The notes beneath the pieces are model-generated. The model was given only the letters and a program-made list of their open reading frames with translations, made no database searches and was not told where the DNA came from. Positions 38,401 to 51,553 of a stretch of DNA of 64,000 bases are shown here, one piece after another. How positions within the stretch are numbered: position 1 is the first letter of the stretch; each line of letters begins with the position of its first letter. Both the position numbers and the translations under genes were made by a program. Location of the stretch: positions 558,001-622,000 of the forward strand of contig JBODTK010000014.1 in NCBI GenBank assembly GCA_050613775.1, in the 5' to 3' direction. This DNA is from Neocallimastix sp. 'constans' (Eukaryota).

Positions 38401-40252
38401 GGGTAGAAAAATGTCTTTTTTGATTACTACCCATATAATTTAACCTATCTGCTTTTTCAGCAATTTTAAAGGCTTTTGACAGAGAAATGTTATCAAATAA
38501 GATTAGACGTTTCCAGGCTTCAACGTTGTTTTCAATGGAGTCTGTGAAGTCTAAAACACTTATCTGACTTCTTTTCTTTTTGTTTAATTTTATATATAAA
38601 GTTTTATACTTAATATTACAATCTTTAATTCTTTCATTTCTCTTAATTCTGAGAGCACGTAGCTCTCTTAATAAATTATTTTGATCTTCCCTAATACCAT
38701 AAGTCTTCTATAGCTTTTACAATTCAATTAAGGGAAGGATAAGCCTTATTCTTTTTATCAATTTTCTTAGCTTCTTCTATCATCATCCTCATCTTTATCA
38801 TCAATATCCTTATAATTATCATCAACATCATCATCATAATCACAATCATCACTATCATTATCTTTATCATTATTATCCATTAATTCTTGGATGACCTTCC
38901 TGGTTTCACCAATTGAGATTAAAACACAGGCATATAATATAATCTTGGAGTCTTCAATATGTTCAAGCTTTATCCAAAGCTCTAAATCAGACTTCCAAGT
39001 TTTAACATCTAAATTTTCCTTGGATATTTTCTCAATTTCCTTAAGTTCTTTTTTTAAATCTTTAAAATTAATTGTACTCATTTTAAATACACACTTTAAA
39101 AAAAAATAAAAAAAAATTGTTAATTATTTAATTGTTATATTTATTATATATTTATTTATTTACAATTAAAATTATATATTTAAGTAATTTATATCTCTAG
39201 TGAGACGTTTCCTGATAGTGTATATTTAATTTTGCTATATACACCCGTGTAGCCCTAATTCTTCTTCTTCTTTTTCTTCTTCTTCTTCTTCGTCTTCCCC
39301 GATATTTCCACCAATTTTGGTAGACTCGAGGTTAGACTTAATTATTTAAAAATCAAGCAGTGGGGATGGGGATTACCCTTCTTTGATTTACAAATTTAAT
39401 AAAATTTTTTTTTATAAATTTTATTTATTATTTTATTAATATTTAATATTTTCTTGAAAATTACATATTTATATTTTAAAAATTCTTTGTGATATTTATA
39501 TTTTTTTTGTAAATTTAATTATAATTATTTGTTTATAATTTAAATAATTTTATAGAATTATTGAATTAATTTTATATCAATAATTCATTTTTGTTTTAAT
39601 TTTTATAAATATAATAATATAATATTTAAATATAATTTAATTAGAAATAATTATAAAATAAATATATAGAATATAATTTTTACTATTTTCTTTGATATTT
39701 TTAAGTTAAATAAAATGTTTTTAAAGATTAATATAATAAATTTAATAATCTTTAATTATTTTAAATAATACTTGTAATTAGTTTCAAAAATAAAATAAAA
39801 TTTTTATAATATTTAATTAATAATTTTAATAGTAAATTTGATAATATTTTAATAATAAATTTTCATAATTATTAATAATTTTTAATAATAATTTTTAATA
39901 ATAAATTTAATTAATAATTTTAATAATTTAATAATAATATTTAATAGTTGTAATAAATAAATTTTTATAATAATATTTAATTAATAATTTTAATAATTTA
40001 TAATATCTTAAAAGTATATAATTTTAACATTTATAATAGTATTTTAATATACACATATATTTAATAACATAACAATAAAGTAATTAATTAAAATTGATAT
40101 AAAATTATTTACAAGTTAAAATTAATTTATATCAAAATTAATTAATTTTTATAATTAGGTTTAGGTTATCAAGAATATAGGAAAGTACAATTTAGTAAAG
40201 AATTATTAATAATATTTTATACAAAAAAAGGTTATTAATTCATTCTTTACCA
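35440..40252 (-). mobile_element. 3'-truncated Gypsy family E copy (5' LTR 39318-40252, PBS, gag 38141-39081, protease region)
   Basis: Close paralogue of 53950-58378; ALIDSCS protease; frameshifts; interrupted by LTR J. Confidence 0.92.
35668..36739. mobile_element. Solo LTR family J inserted in family E pol
   Basis: TGTAAA...TTTACA with TSD TATTG; empty site visible in the paralogue at ~54186-54190. Confidence 0.93.
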
Positions 40253-40256
40253 TTAA

Positions 40257-43200
40257 TGATACGTTATTTTATTAATTTTTTTTTATTAATATTTTTAGTA
40301 TCAATATTTTTGTGAGTTTGCAAGATAGTATAAAATAAAATAGTATATTCTAATAAAGAAATATATAATTACTAAACACGTTATTTTAAAACAAAATATA
40401 AAAAATTATAATTTTTTTTTATATTATTATTTTATTTATTTTCATATATATTGTTATATTATTATTATTATTATTATTATTATAATATTCATTCTCATCT
40501 TTATCGTATAATTTTACTTCTGTAAAATATGGAATAACATTTTTTAAATGTATATTCCTATCTGCAATTTCACCAGTAATGGGGTCACATACAGTGACTG
40601 TATTTAATTCTTACTTAACAATCTTCAAAGGTCCAGTAAAGAAAGGGTCTAATTTCCGTCTATTAAATACTCTAATAAGAACTAAGTCGCCAGGTTTAAA
40701 ACTAGATCTCATCCTCTTAATTTGCTTTCGACGATCCTCCCAGAGTTTATTTGCAGTTTCTATATTATTCATTGCTTCCCTGATCCATTTGTCATGAGTG
40801 ATAAATTTTCTAAGCCAATATTCCTCTTCACTTTCCATTTCATTCCTTTTTTCTATATTTAAGGTAAGTTCAAATGGTTGTAAGTCTCGTCTCCCGTATA
40901 ATAATTCGAAGCTGCTAAATTTAGTAACTTCATTCTTTGCAGTGCGGATAGCCCATAAAGCACTATATAGAGTTTCGTCCCAAGTATCCACCTTTTCATC
41001 TAGTAACCGTAAGTATTTATTGATTTCTCTGTTCCGATTTTCAACTTCTCCATTAGTTGCAGGGTAGTAAGTAGTAGCATAGTGTACATAAACATCATGA
41101 AAGTCTAAGAACGCTTTTGTTTTATCTGAAATGAATTGTGGTCCATTATCCGTTATTAATATTTCAGGAATTCCATGCCTGGAAAATACCATTTTTAAAA
41201 ATTTAGTAATATCATCTGATTCTATTGTCTCTAGAGGTTCCGCCTCTACCCATTTAGTCATGTAATCTACTAATACAATTATATATTTATTACCATTTTT
41301 TGTAGGTGGTAAAGGACCAACTAAATCTAAACCCACTCTTGAAAAGGGATATCCAGGAGGAGTAGCTATACTTTCTACGTTCTTATTAAGAATTTGTGAT
41401 CTACATATTTGGCAACGATGACAACTTTTAATTATCATTTGAACATCCTTTTTCATAGATTTCCATTAATAATATCGTTTTAATCCATTATAAGTTTTAT
41501 AAATACCTTCATAGCCAATTTGATGTACTTCCTTAATTAGTTCCAGTTGTTTTCTTCTTTCTTTAATAACTTTCCTTATGTTTTCTCCTTGTTTATAATA
41601 TTCAATACCATCAATATTTATGATTCTTTTGTTAATGAATCCAATTTACAATATACTTACTAAACTAAATAATCTTGGTATTCGTGGTAAATGCCTTCAA
41701 TTCATTACTAATCTATACCTTACCTCGAAAGCTCGTGCAAACTTTAATGGTAAACTTTCAAAAGAATTTCCAATACACCGTGGTGTTCGCCAATGGTGTC
41801 CTCTCTCACCTATTTTATTCAATATATTTATCAATGATATTTTTGATAAATGTAAAAGTTATGGTGTGATTACTGAAAAGAAAAAGTGTTGTGGTGGATT
41901 ATTTGCTGATGATATTGTATTATTAGCTCCTACAAAATCTTCACTTAAAAACCTTTTGAATATTGCTCATGATTGGGGTATTAAAAATGAAATGACCTTT
42001 GGAATCAATAAATGCGCTACACTAGTTGTTAAACCAAAGAATTTTATACCTTCAAGAGATTATAAAAATCCTACATTTAGACTTGGTATGAACTATATAC
42101 CAAGCACTAATCAATATACATATCTTGGTATACCTTTTAATGAATCGTTGGATTTAAAACCTATTATTGCTAAGATGAACAGTAAAATTAATTATACAGT
42201 TAACTCTTTCTTTAGATTTTTAACCAATAGGAATGTTCCTTTCTACTTTAAAACTCGTATACTAGTTTCTTTTGTCCTTAGTTCAGTTCTTTATTATGCT
42301 CCCTTACTTGGTTCAAATAAAAAGAATAATGAAAAAGCTCAAACTGCTTTTAATCGAGGTTTGTATTGGAGTTTCGGGTTTAAAAATAAAACCTCCAATA
42401 CTTCAATTTACAATATGTCTAAGGAACTTTCTATACCTCCTATAGCTAGTTTTTGTGCTAAGGCGATGATTCGATGCTTTAAAAAGTGGAAAGATTCTTC
42501 TTGTATTATTTCTCATTTAGTCAAAAATATACCTACACTTTCTCACTATTCATGGACGAAAAAAGCACGGAGTTTAGCAGTACACAAGCACAATAATAAA
42601 CTTCCTGGAGAAATAAGGAGGTTTTACTGGGAAAATATTTATTATTCAAGCACTCCTGCAATCAGATCTACAAAATACAAGAAATTTAAATTTGGTTTTA
42701 AAAAATTTATTCATCGTCTATCACTAAAATATTCACAATTTTCTCTTGGATTTTTTTGGATTGGACAAATTAAATGTGGATTCAAATTTGATGTAAAAAT
42801 GTATGTTAAAAGTAATCTAGTATCAGAAAATTGCCCAACATACTGCCCTTGTTGTGGTGAGAGTAACAGCACACACTGGATACTTTTATGTCCTAAATTT
42901 GAAGAATTTAGGCAACATTTCATTCCCTTTGTTGATGAAATTTTTATGAATTTTTCTTTAATTGTTCATGAGAAATCATTGAACATTCCTGATGATAAAG
43001 AGGAAGATTTTGATGATAATATCAATTTTTACGTGCTGTGTCTCCTTCTTGGCGGAAATGCAGTATTTGAAATCTTAAAGATCGGCTCGGGGGAAAGAAA
43101 GCGATTTATTAATAATATTTTTCAATCACCTTCAAACGAGTCTTCTTTCCCGATTTCATATTTTGTGGGGCTTGCGGAATTCCTTACTAACGTTATGCCT

Positions 43201-43900
43201 ATTATGATTGGTGATTTTTACACCATGATCGATTTGTATAGTGTTAGACCTACCGTTGTCAAGAGCGTCGACGTCGTAACGATAAGGCAAAGAAGAAATT
43301 CTGATACAGATTCGAATGATAATTTTCATCCACATGGAGTTATCTTCGATGAATGGGAAGAGTTAGAGGCCGTTTCGTCCTCGAATCTCATAACGTAGTT
43401 TTTTAATATTAATATAAAAAAAAAAATTTCATGTATTTAAACTTCATGTATTTTTTAAAAAAATATTATTAAATAAAGTTTATTCCTAGTCTAAAAAAAA
43501 AAAAAAAATTTTGTTAATGAAATCATTCATAAATTTATTAATATTATCATCATAACTGTTAATGTTGAATATTATTAATATTACTATTATTAACTAATAT
43601 ATTTACTGTTTCTTTATTAATGTTTAATTCTTTTATAAGGCATTCTGGATAATACATCGGCTATTACATTTTTCCTCCCCTCTTCAAATTGGACGTTTAC
43701 ATTTAAAATACTTAGTTCAGTGACCCATTTGAGGTGTCTACTGTTGGAAGGTTCTCTTTTAGCGAAGATACTAACCAATGGCTTATGATCAGTAAAAACT
43801 ACTGTGGGAAATTTACTACAAGAAAAATATGGCTTAAATTTTCTTACACAATGAAAAACTGCTTTACCTTCTAAATCAGTGACACTATAGTTACATTCCG
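40257..43900 (-). mobile_element. Gypsy remnant (family A-like): RNase H 43522-43900, integrase 40500-41626, short 3' LTR from 40257; split by a LINE
   Basis: VGLDLVGP, TDNGPQF, NGEVENRN, TGPLKI; manual translation TDLEGKAV...FTDHKPL...ADVLSR beyond the LINE. Confidence 0.88.
41640..43508 (+). mobile_element. 5'-truncated non-LTR retrotransposon (LINE): RT C-terminal half plus CCHC finger, stop at 43398, poly(A) tail
   Basis: GVRQxCPLSPILFN, LFADD, YTYLG, CPCC...H....C; A16 tail; 13-bp TSD TTTTGTTAATGAA (41627-39 and 43509-21). Confidence 0.95.
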
Positions 43901-45970
43901 ATGAAGATAAAGAACGACTTGAAGATCATATATCATATCGTTCATGTTAAAAATGTACTTTCGTTATTAATAAAAAATGGTCTATATGTTAAGAAAGAAA
44001 AATGCGAATTCCATGTTAAAGAAACAACTTTCCTTGGATTTACAATTTCGGTTAACGACATCACAATGGATCAAAATAAAGTAAAATCGATAATTGAATG
44101 GCCAACACCTAAGAATATTAAGGAATTACAAAGTTTCCTTGGACTTTATAATTTCTATCGAAGATTTATAAAAAATTTTGCCGAAATTATGGAACCTCTC
44201 CGCAAGCTTATGAAGAAAAATAATAAATATATCTGGAATGATCAAGCCGAAACTGCTTTCAAAAATCTCAAAAAATCTTTTTTATCCAATGAAATCCTTA
44301 TCTTTCAAATATATAACAAAGAATTTATTGTCGAAACAGATGCAAGCAACTATGCTTTTGGCTGTGTCTTATCTCAAATCTCAGAAAATGATTAGCTACT
44401 TCATCCTATTGCGTTCTACTCACGGTCTCTTAACTCGAATGAAAAGAACTATACAATTTATGATAAGGAACTCCTTGCCGTTATAACAGCCTTTGACGTA
44501 TGGAGGCACCATTTAGAAGGTGCGAAGTATCCAATTCAAGTTATAACGGACCACAAAAACTTGTTGTACTTAAAGAAACCACAACATTTAAATCAACGAC
44601 AAATACGATGGAGTCTCTTCTTATCAAAATTTGATTTTCGTATTTCCTACAGACCTGGAACTAAAAGTGGAAAGCCAGATTCCTTATCAAGAAGGCTGGA
44701 TTATCAAGAAAATGATTCTCCAATAACATGTACCATTCCCAATGACGACCCAATATGCTGTACAGCTTATGAAAAAATTGATAAATTAATCGATTTACAA
44801 AAACAAGACAAATTCTGCAAAGAAACCATGAGCAAACTAAAATCTAAATCAAAAGAAATCAAAAGCTCATTGTTTAGTCTTATTCGTGGTGTTTTACACT
44901 TTCAAGGACGAATAATAGTGCCATTTCTTCTTATAACAAAGATTTTACAATCTTTTCATGACTCCCCTTTAGGCGGTCACCAAGGAATCCATAATACTAT
45001 GGATAAATTAAAACGTTATTATTGGTGGCCTAACATGAGGAAGGATGTTGAAAACTACATCCTATCTTGTGAAACTTGCGGAAGATGCAAAACCAGAAGA
45101 CACAATCCTTATGGTAAACTTCTTCCTCTCCCGGTTCCTAAAAAACTATGGGAGATTATTGGTGTTGACTTTATTGTCTCATTGCCAAGTTCACAAGATT
45201 GCTCGTGTATCATGGTTGTTTCGGATCACCTCACTAAAATGATCCATTTGGTTCCTTGTTCGGATGTTCCTTAAGCAGATCTTACTGCTAAGCTTCTTCT
45301 TTTCAACGTTTTTAGATATCACGGGTTCCCTAAATCGATCGTTTCCGATCATAGTAGTCAATTTTCTTTGGAATTTTGGACTTCTCTTTGTTCTGCTTTG
45401 CATATTCAGCCTAATCTCGCCACTGCTCACCACCAACAGTCTAATGGCCAAATTGAGCAATATCTTCGCTGCTACTGCTCTTCAGCACAAAATGAATGGT
45501 GTTATTACCTGCCTTTATGTGAATTTTCCTATAATAATTCACTCCATCAGTCTATTGGTGTCTCTCCCTTCTATGCCAATTTTGGATTTAATCCAAATAG
45601 TATTATTAATTCCCCTCCAATTCTTTTGAAGGATAATGCTTCGGTTCTTACAAGAGACTGGTCGGCCCATTTCCAATCACTTCAAGCTCATCTGTTCAAA
45701 GCTAAAGAAGATTTCAAAAAGTATAATGACCTCAAGAAACAACATAGTCCAAATTTTAATATTAACGATAAAGTGCGGCTAAAAAGATATTATTTCACCA
45801 ATGAGCCGGCGAAGAAGCTAGCTTCACAATACTTAGGTCCATTCAGAATAACGGAAAAATTAAAATGCATGAATTACTGGTTGGAACTTCCAAGTAATTT
45901 ACACATGCATCCAATATTCCACATCTCTCAATTGGAACCCTACTTTGAAAGAAATCAAGATTTAAAATAA
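43901..45970 (+). pseudogene. pol: 5'-truncated Tf1-like Gypsy V pol (RT end, RNase H, integrase)
   Basis: ORFs 43901-44395, 44561-45274 and 45368-45970; close to Y and Z pol; in-frame stops. Confidence 0.93.
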
Positions 45971-46013
45971 TTATAATTTAGAAATAATTATAAAATTATA
46001 TTAAAAATCATAA

Positions 46014-46572
46014 TGTAACAAATCAAATGAAAAAAGAATAATTAATGTTTAAAAAATTAATTAAAATAAAACAATGTCATGTATAATTGACATTGTTTAA
46101 ATAAAACAAATGTAAATTGAAGTTTTCCGATTGGAAAATATCGGTTTTTATTCAATTAACATATATCAATTTTATTAATTGATCATTAAATTTTTTAGGT
46201 TTTTCTCCCAAATCTTTTCCTAAAAGTTATTCATTAAGATTTGGAACTTTACTATAAATAATTCTTGATTTTCTTTATTTTGAAAATCAAGAGTTATTAT
46301 TATAAGAATATAATTATAATAATAAACAAAATAAAATTTTAATTATTTTAAAATAACAAAAATCTTAATAAAAATTATTCTTAAATAAAAAAATTTTTTT
46401 TTAATAAAAGTTTTATTTTAATTATTCATTTAATCAAATTTCTTATAAACTCTCTCTCCCTTTTTAAATTTTAGATAAGTATTTTTTTTATGTCTTTTTA
46501 TTTCTCGATTAATATTAGTATTAATTGTAGAAAAGAATTAAATTTAATTAAGTTTAAATTTAATTCTTTACA
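46014..46572 (+). mobile_element. 3' LTR of Gypsy V
   Basis: TGTAAC...TTTACA downstream of the integrase; carries the structure cassette. Confidence 0.8.
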
Positions 46573-46577
46573 ATTTC

Positions 46578-47477
46578 TGTAAGAATCTATAATTATTTTT
46601 AAATAAATTAATTATATTTTCTTAGTTAAGTTATAACTATAACTTTATTTAATATTTATTCATTTAAATATTATTAATAATTTATTTAACACAATATTAA
46701 ATTTTCATTAATTTAATACAACAAAATTTATTTAATTATTATTTATACATTTATGAATAATTATAGTTTATTTAATTATACATTTAATTATTAAATTTAT
46801 TAGTCTTAGTTTATTTATTTAATTAAATTTTAAACAAATATATTATGTAATATAATATGCATTTAATAATGTATTCTGTATTTTGATTATTAATATCTTA
46901 TTATGTTATTTTCCTTATTTGTAAATTTATGATTTTATGATCGAAATATTTTTTATTATTTTATTCTTTTATTTTCGATCAATTACATTAGATTAGCGAA
47001 TCGGTCAATTAGGGTTTTTCCCAATCACTTTTTAAAAGTAATTGGTTTTACCTAATTGATACGATGATCGATATGGATAGAATATCGATCAAAAATCTTA
47101 TCTAGGTTTTTCTCTCTAATCTTTTCCTAGATAAGAGATTTGTTAAAATTAGAAAGCACTTTTTTAATTTAACTTTATTTTTCAAAAAAGTATAAATAAA
47201 GCTCTTGAATTCTCTTTGAGAAATCAAGAGTTATTATTATAACAATTATAATATAGTAATAACATTAATAAATATTTTATATTTCTATTTTAATAAAGTA
47301 AGTTTTAATAAAACAAATTTAAAAATAAAATAAAATAATCTTTTCTCTTTGACAATTCTGTGTTATTAGTTTATTATAATTAGTTATAATAAACTTTTTC
47401 TTATAGAAGATAAGTATATTTATCTTTTTTGTTTTCTCAATTTAATAATAATTATTATTTAGTTATTATTAAGTTGT
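46578..47477 (+). mobile_element. Family B LTR with its 3' end replaced by LTR C
   Basis: TGTAAGAATCTAT start; near-identical to the rc of 23017-23973. Confidence 0.88.
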
Positions 47478-48726
47478 TGTAAAGTTTTTATAGGTGGTAA
47501 GGTTATTGTAAAATATAATTGATTGTTTAGGTAAGATTATAGTTAAATCTTATCGAATGGTAGGTTAGATTCTTACTATATCTTTCCTAGTTTGGGTTAA
47601 ATTGGTCAGGTCAAGATGTTCTTATTAATTATAACAATTTAATTAAATTTAAATAATAAATATCACACACAGAGTTTTATAATTAAGATTTCAATATTTA
47701 AGATTTATGTTTTATTAGAACTTTATTTAATATATATTTTAATAATAAATTTAACTAAGATTAATATAAAGAATTATTATTGTTATAATTAATTCATTAA
47801 CTAAGTTAATAGGTTAAAAGTTATTAAGTTAATAATCTTACAAAGAATTCAAAATATGGAATTTCAAATCCTTTTTATATACTAAACTAAAATAATAATT
47901 AACAATATAATTAATACATTTTAATCTTAATATATTCATACATGTATATAAACTATATAAATATAATAATAAAATAATATTGATAAGAATCTTTTAATAC
48001 AATAACTATATAATTATTCATAAAACTATTTAATAAAAAAACTAATTTATAATGAGAAAATATAAAATAAAATAAAATATTAAAACTAATTAAAAATTCT
48101 CTTTCGGAAATCTTTAGAATGATAAAGAATTCCTTAGAATCTTTTAGAAAATAATTGAATAAAATATATAATAATAAAATATATAAAACTTTTAAACTTA
48201 TTTAAAATATTATAAAATTATTACTAATAACTAATTCTGTATTTTTAATTAATAATAAAAATTAATAATTTAATTTCCAAGTTAAGAGATTTTATCTAAT
48301 ATAGAATTCTTAATTAATAATTTAAGGTCTTAAATAATTAAATTATTTTTTACACTCAATATCTTTAAAGTCCAATATCTCGTTATCTAGTTGTCCAATA
48401 AGGTTGATTTTAACATATGTTGTAGTTCTCGTCAGTAGCTTTCAAATGAATATAATTTTAGTGGGAATATCAATATAATATTTCCATTATTTGTCGTGTT
48501 GTCGTTGTTTTTCTTCAAGTTATTTTTATTAAATTCTTAAGGGTTAAAATAAATTAAATTATCTTTAATAAATGAGTCCAAACCCTTTGGTTTCTAATTA
48601 ATTAATGTTTCTAATATTTATTTTTATAATTAAAATTGAATTAAAATACTTTTTGTCAATAAATAAATTAAATTTCAATTGATCTAATAGTGAATTTTAA
48701 CCTTGAATCCACTAGTATTCGTGACA
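47478..48726 (-). mobile_element. Solo LTR family C with non-matching flanks
   Basis: rc of 32071-33262; flanks GTTGT/AACTA; followed by 49 bp of an inverted B-type U3 end (48727-48775). Confidence 0.9.
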
Positions 48727-48781
48727 AACTAAGAAATATTAATTATTTATTAATAAATAATTATTATTTCTTACAATTTCT

Positions 48782-49550
48782 TGGTACAGTCTTGAAGAGT
48801 TTTAATAATAAAATAATATATTCTAATAATTAAAGAAAATTTTATATTCTATTTTATTATTCTAATTTATTATTCTAACTTAAAAATCTAAATTTTAAAT
48901 AATTTAACTAAACTAAAATAACTAAAAATAATTTCAAACCTAATCTAAATAATCTAATTATTCAACAATAATTAGTAACTCTAAACATTAAACACTAAAA
49001 TTTTAAAACACTTAAAAACAACACTCAAATTATTTTTAATTTAACTTTATTTAAAATAAACTATTTTATTTTTATTATTTAATCTATTCTAATTTTTTTA
49101 TTTAAACTATTCTAATTTAATTATTTAACTATTCTAATCTAATTATTTAAACTAATTTTATTTCAATATAACTATTTAAATTTATTATTTAACTCTAAAA
49201 TAACAAAAGAATAATATAATAATAAAGTTGTAGTTGTAAGAAAAAGAGAGAGAACTAAAGTATTGTACTACTTTGTTCTTTTTATACATTTAGAATAGTT
49301 ATTTGATTGGATTAGAATAAAATTTTAATAATAAAAATTTAATAATAAAAATTTAATAATAAAAATTTAATAATAAAATTTAATAAGTATTATAATAAAA
49401 ATAATTAATATAATACATGTATCGAATTTGCTATAACTAATTTTATAATTATTTTAATATTTTAATATTTATCATTTAGTATAATTAATATTACTAATAT
49501 TTTTTATTAATAATTATTTCTAATTCTAAATATCTAATAGTTCCGTAACA
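48782..49550. mobile_element. Solo LTR family D
   Basis: TGGTAC...GTAACA with TSD TTCT. Confidence 0.85.
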
Positions 49551-49554
49551 TTCT

Positions 49555-50527
49555 TGTTATGGCTCGAGGAATTAAAAAAAATATATATATATAATATTAA
49601 AACATTAAATAAGTAGAAAATTTACTACACACAATAATTTTTATTTATTTATTTTATTTTTATTTATTTTATTTATATTTATTTATTTTTATTTTTATTT
49701 TTATTTATTTTATTTTTTTATTTCTTTTATTTATATTTATTTATTTTTATTTTTAATTTTTTTTATTTATTATTTCTATTTATTCTCTTTTTTTCTCCCC
49801 CTAGAAAGGGATTCCCAGGTAGTCAATTTATATCTTTTTGAAGATATAAACGAAGCAAAGCCTCTGGAAGTAGTTGAAGAGATGGAAAAACAATAGATTT
49901 TTAAATCTTATTGATTATTTCCTTATTGTAATAAATAGAAATTTTATTATTTTCTAATATTCAAATTAACTAAAATAAATCTATAATAAAAAGATGCATT
50001 ATAGATAAGAATTAAACAAAAAAAAGAAGCAGCATTACAATAAAATTGAATACTTTAACTTAATTTTGATGTTAATTTAATATGTAATCTTATATATTAA
50101 TTTGAATGACATAATAGAAAATAAAATACATTTATTAATATATGAAAAATCCTTTACAATTTTAAATACAGAAAATTTTATTTTATTTATTTCTTTCATT
50201 TCAATTATTTCTTAATTCGAAAGACAGAAATATTGATAAAGTTATTTAAGTTATTTATATACAGCAATTATTCCTTATTTAGAAGAATAATACTAAAAGT
50301 AATTAGTACTATGTTGTTGATAGACTCTCATAAATTTAATTTACCTTTAAAAGGAATGAACATGAATTTAAATTAAATTTTATGTATAAACTTAAATTAT
50401 TTAGATCAAATAATATAGTAAAATTATTAATGTAAAGAATGCATAAATTTATTAATATTTTAAAAATTACATTGACTATATTAAGAGATTTTTAATAAGA
50501 ATCAATTTATTACTTCATTCTTTATCA
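49555..50527. mobile_element. Solo LTR family G
   Basis: TGTTA...TATCA with TSD TTCT. Confidence 0.75.
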
Positions 50528-51553
50528 TTCTTGATAGACTCGGGGTTAGTACGTCTATCTTTTAAAATCAACCAGGGGGGACGGGGATTACCCTGCTTTG
50601 ATTTTAAATTATATAAAAAAAATTTGTTTTAATAAAATTTATTTATTATTTATTAATATAAAAAAATTTATTTCGAATACAAATATTTAATTTTTAAGAA
50701 ATTTTTACAATATTTATATTTTTTTGTAAATTTAAGGTATAATTATTTGTTTATAATTTAAGTAATTTTATAGAATTATTGAATTAATTTTATATCAATA
50801 ATTCATTTTTGTTTTAATTTTTATAAATATAATAATGTAATATTTAAATATAATTTAATTAGAAATAATTATAAAGTAAATATATAGAAAATAGCTTCTA
50901 TTATTTTCTTTGATATTTAAGTTAAATAATATGTTTTTAAATATTAATATAATAAATTTAATAATCTTTAATTATTTTAAATAATACTTGTAATAAAATA
51001 AAATTTTTATAATATTTAATTAATAATTTTAATAGTAAATTTGATAATATTTAATTAATAAAATTTATAATAATTAATAATTTTTAATGATAAATCTTTA
51101 TAATAATATATAATACTTTACAATAAATAAATTGTTTAGTAATATTTAATTAATAATTTTAATAATTTTATATTATTAATAGTTTATAATAATTTTTATA
51201 ATAATATTTAATTAATAATTTTAAAAATTTGATAATAATTTTTATAATAATATTTAATTAATAGTTTTAATAATTTAAAATATCTTAAAAGTATATAATT
51301 TTTAATATTTATAATAATATTTTAATATATACATATGTTTAATAATATACAGCAAATTAATTAATTAAGATTGATTTAATATTATTTACAAGTTAAGTTT
51401 AATTTATATTAAAACAAATTATTTTTACAATGAGGTTTAGGTTATCAAGAACATAGGAAAGTACAATTTAGTAAAGAATCATTAATAATATTTTATAATA
51501 AAATAAAGGTTATTAATTCATTCTTTACCATGATGCCCCCTCTAAAACTCAAG

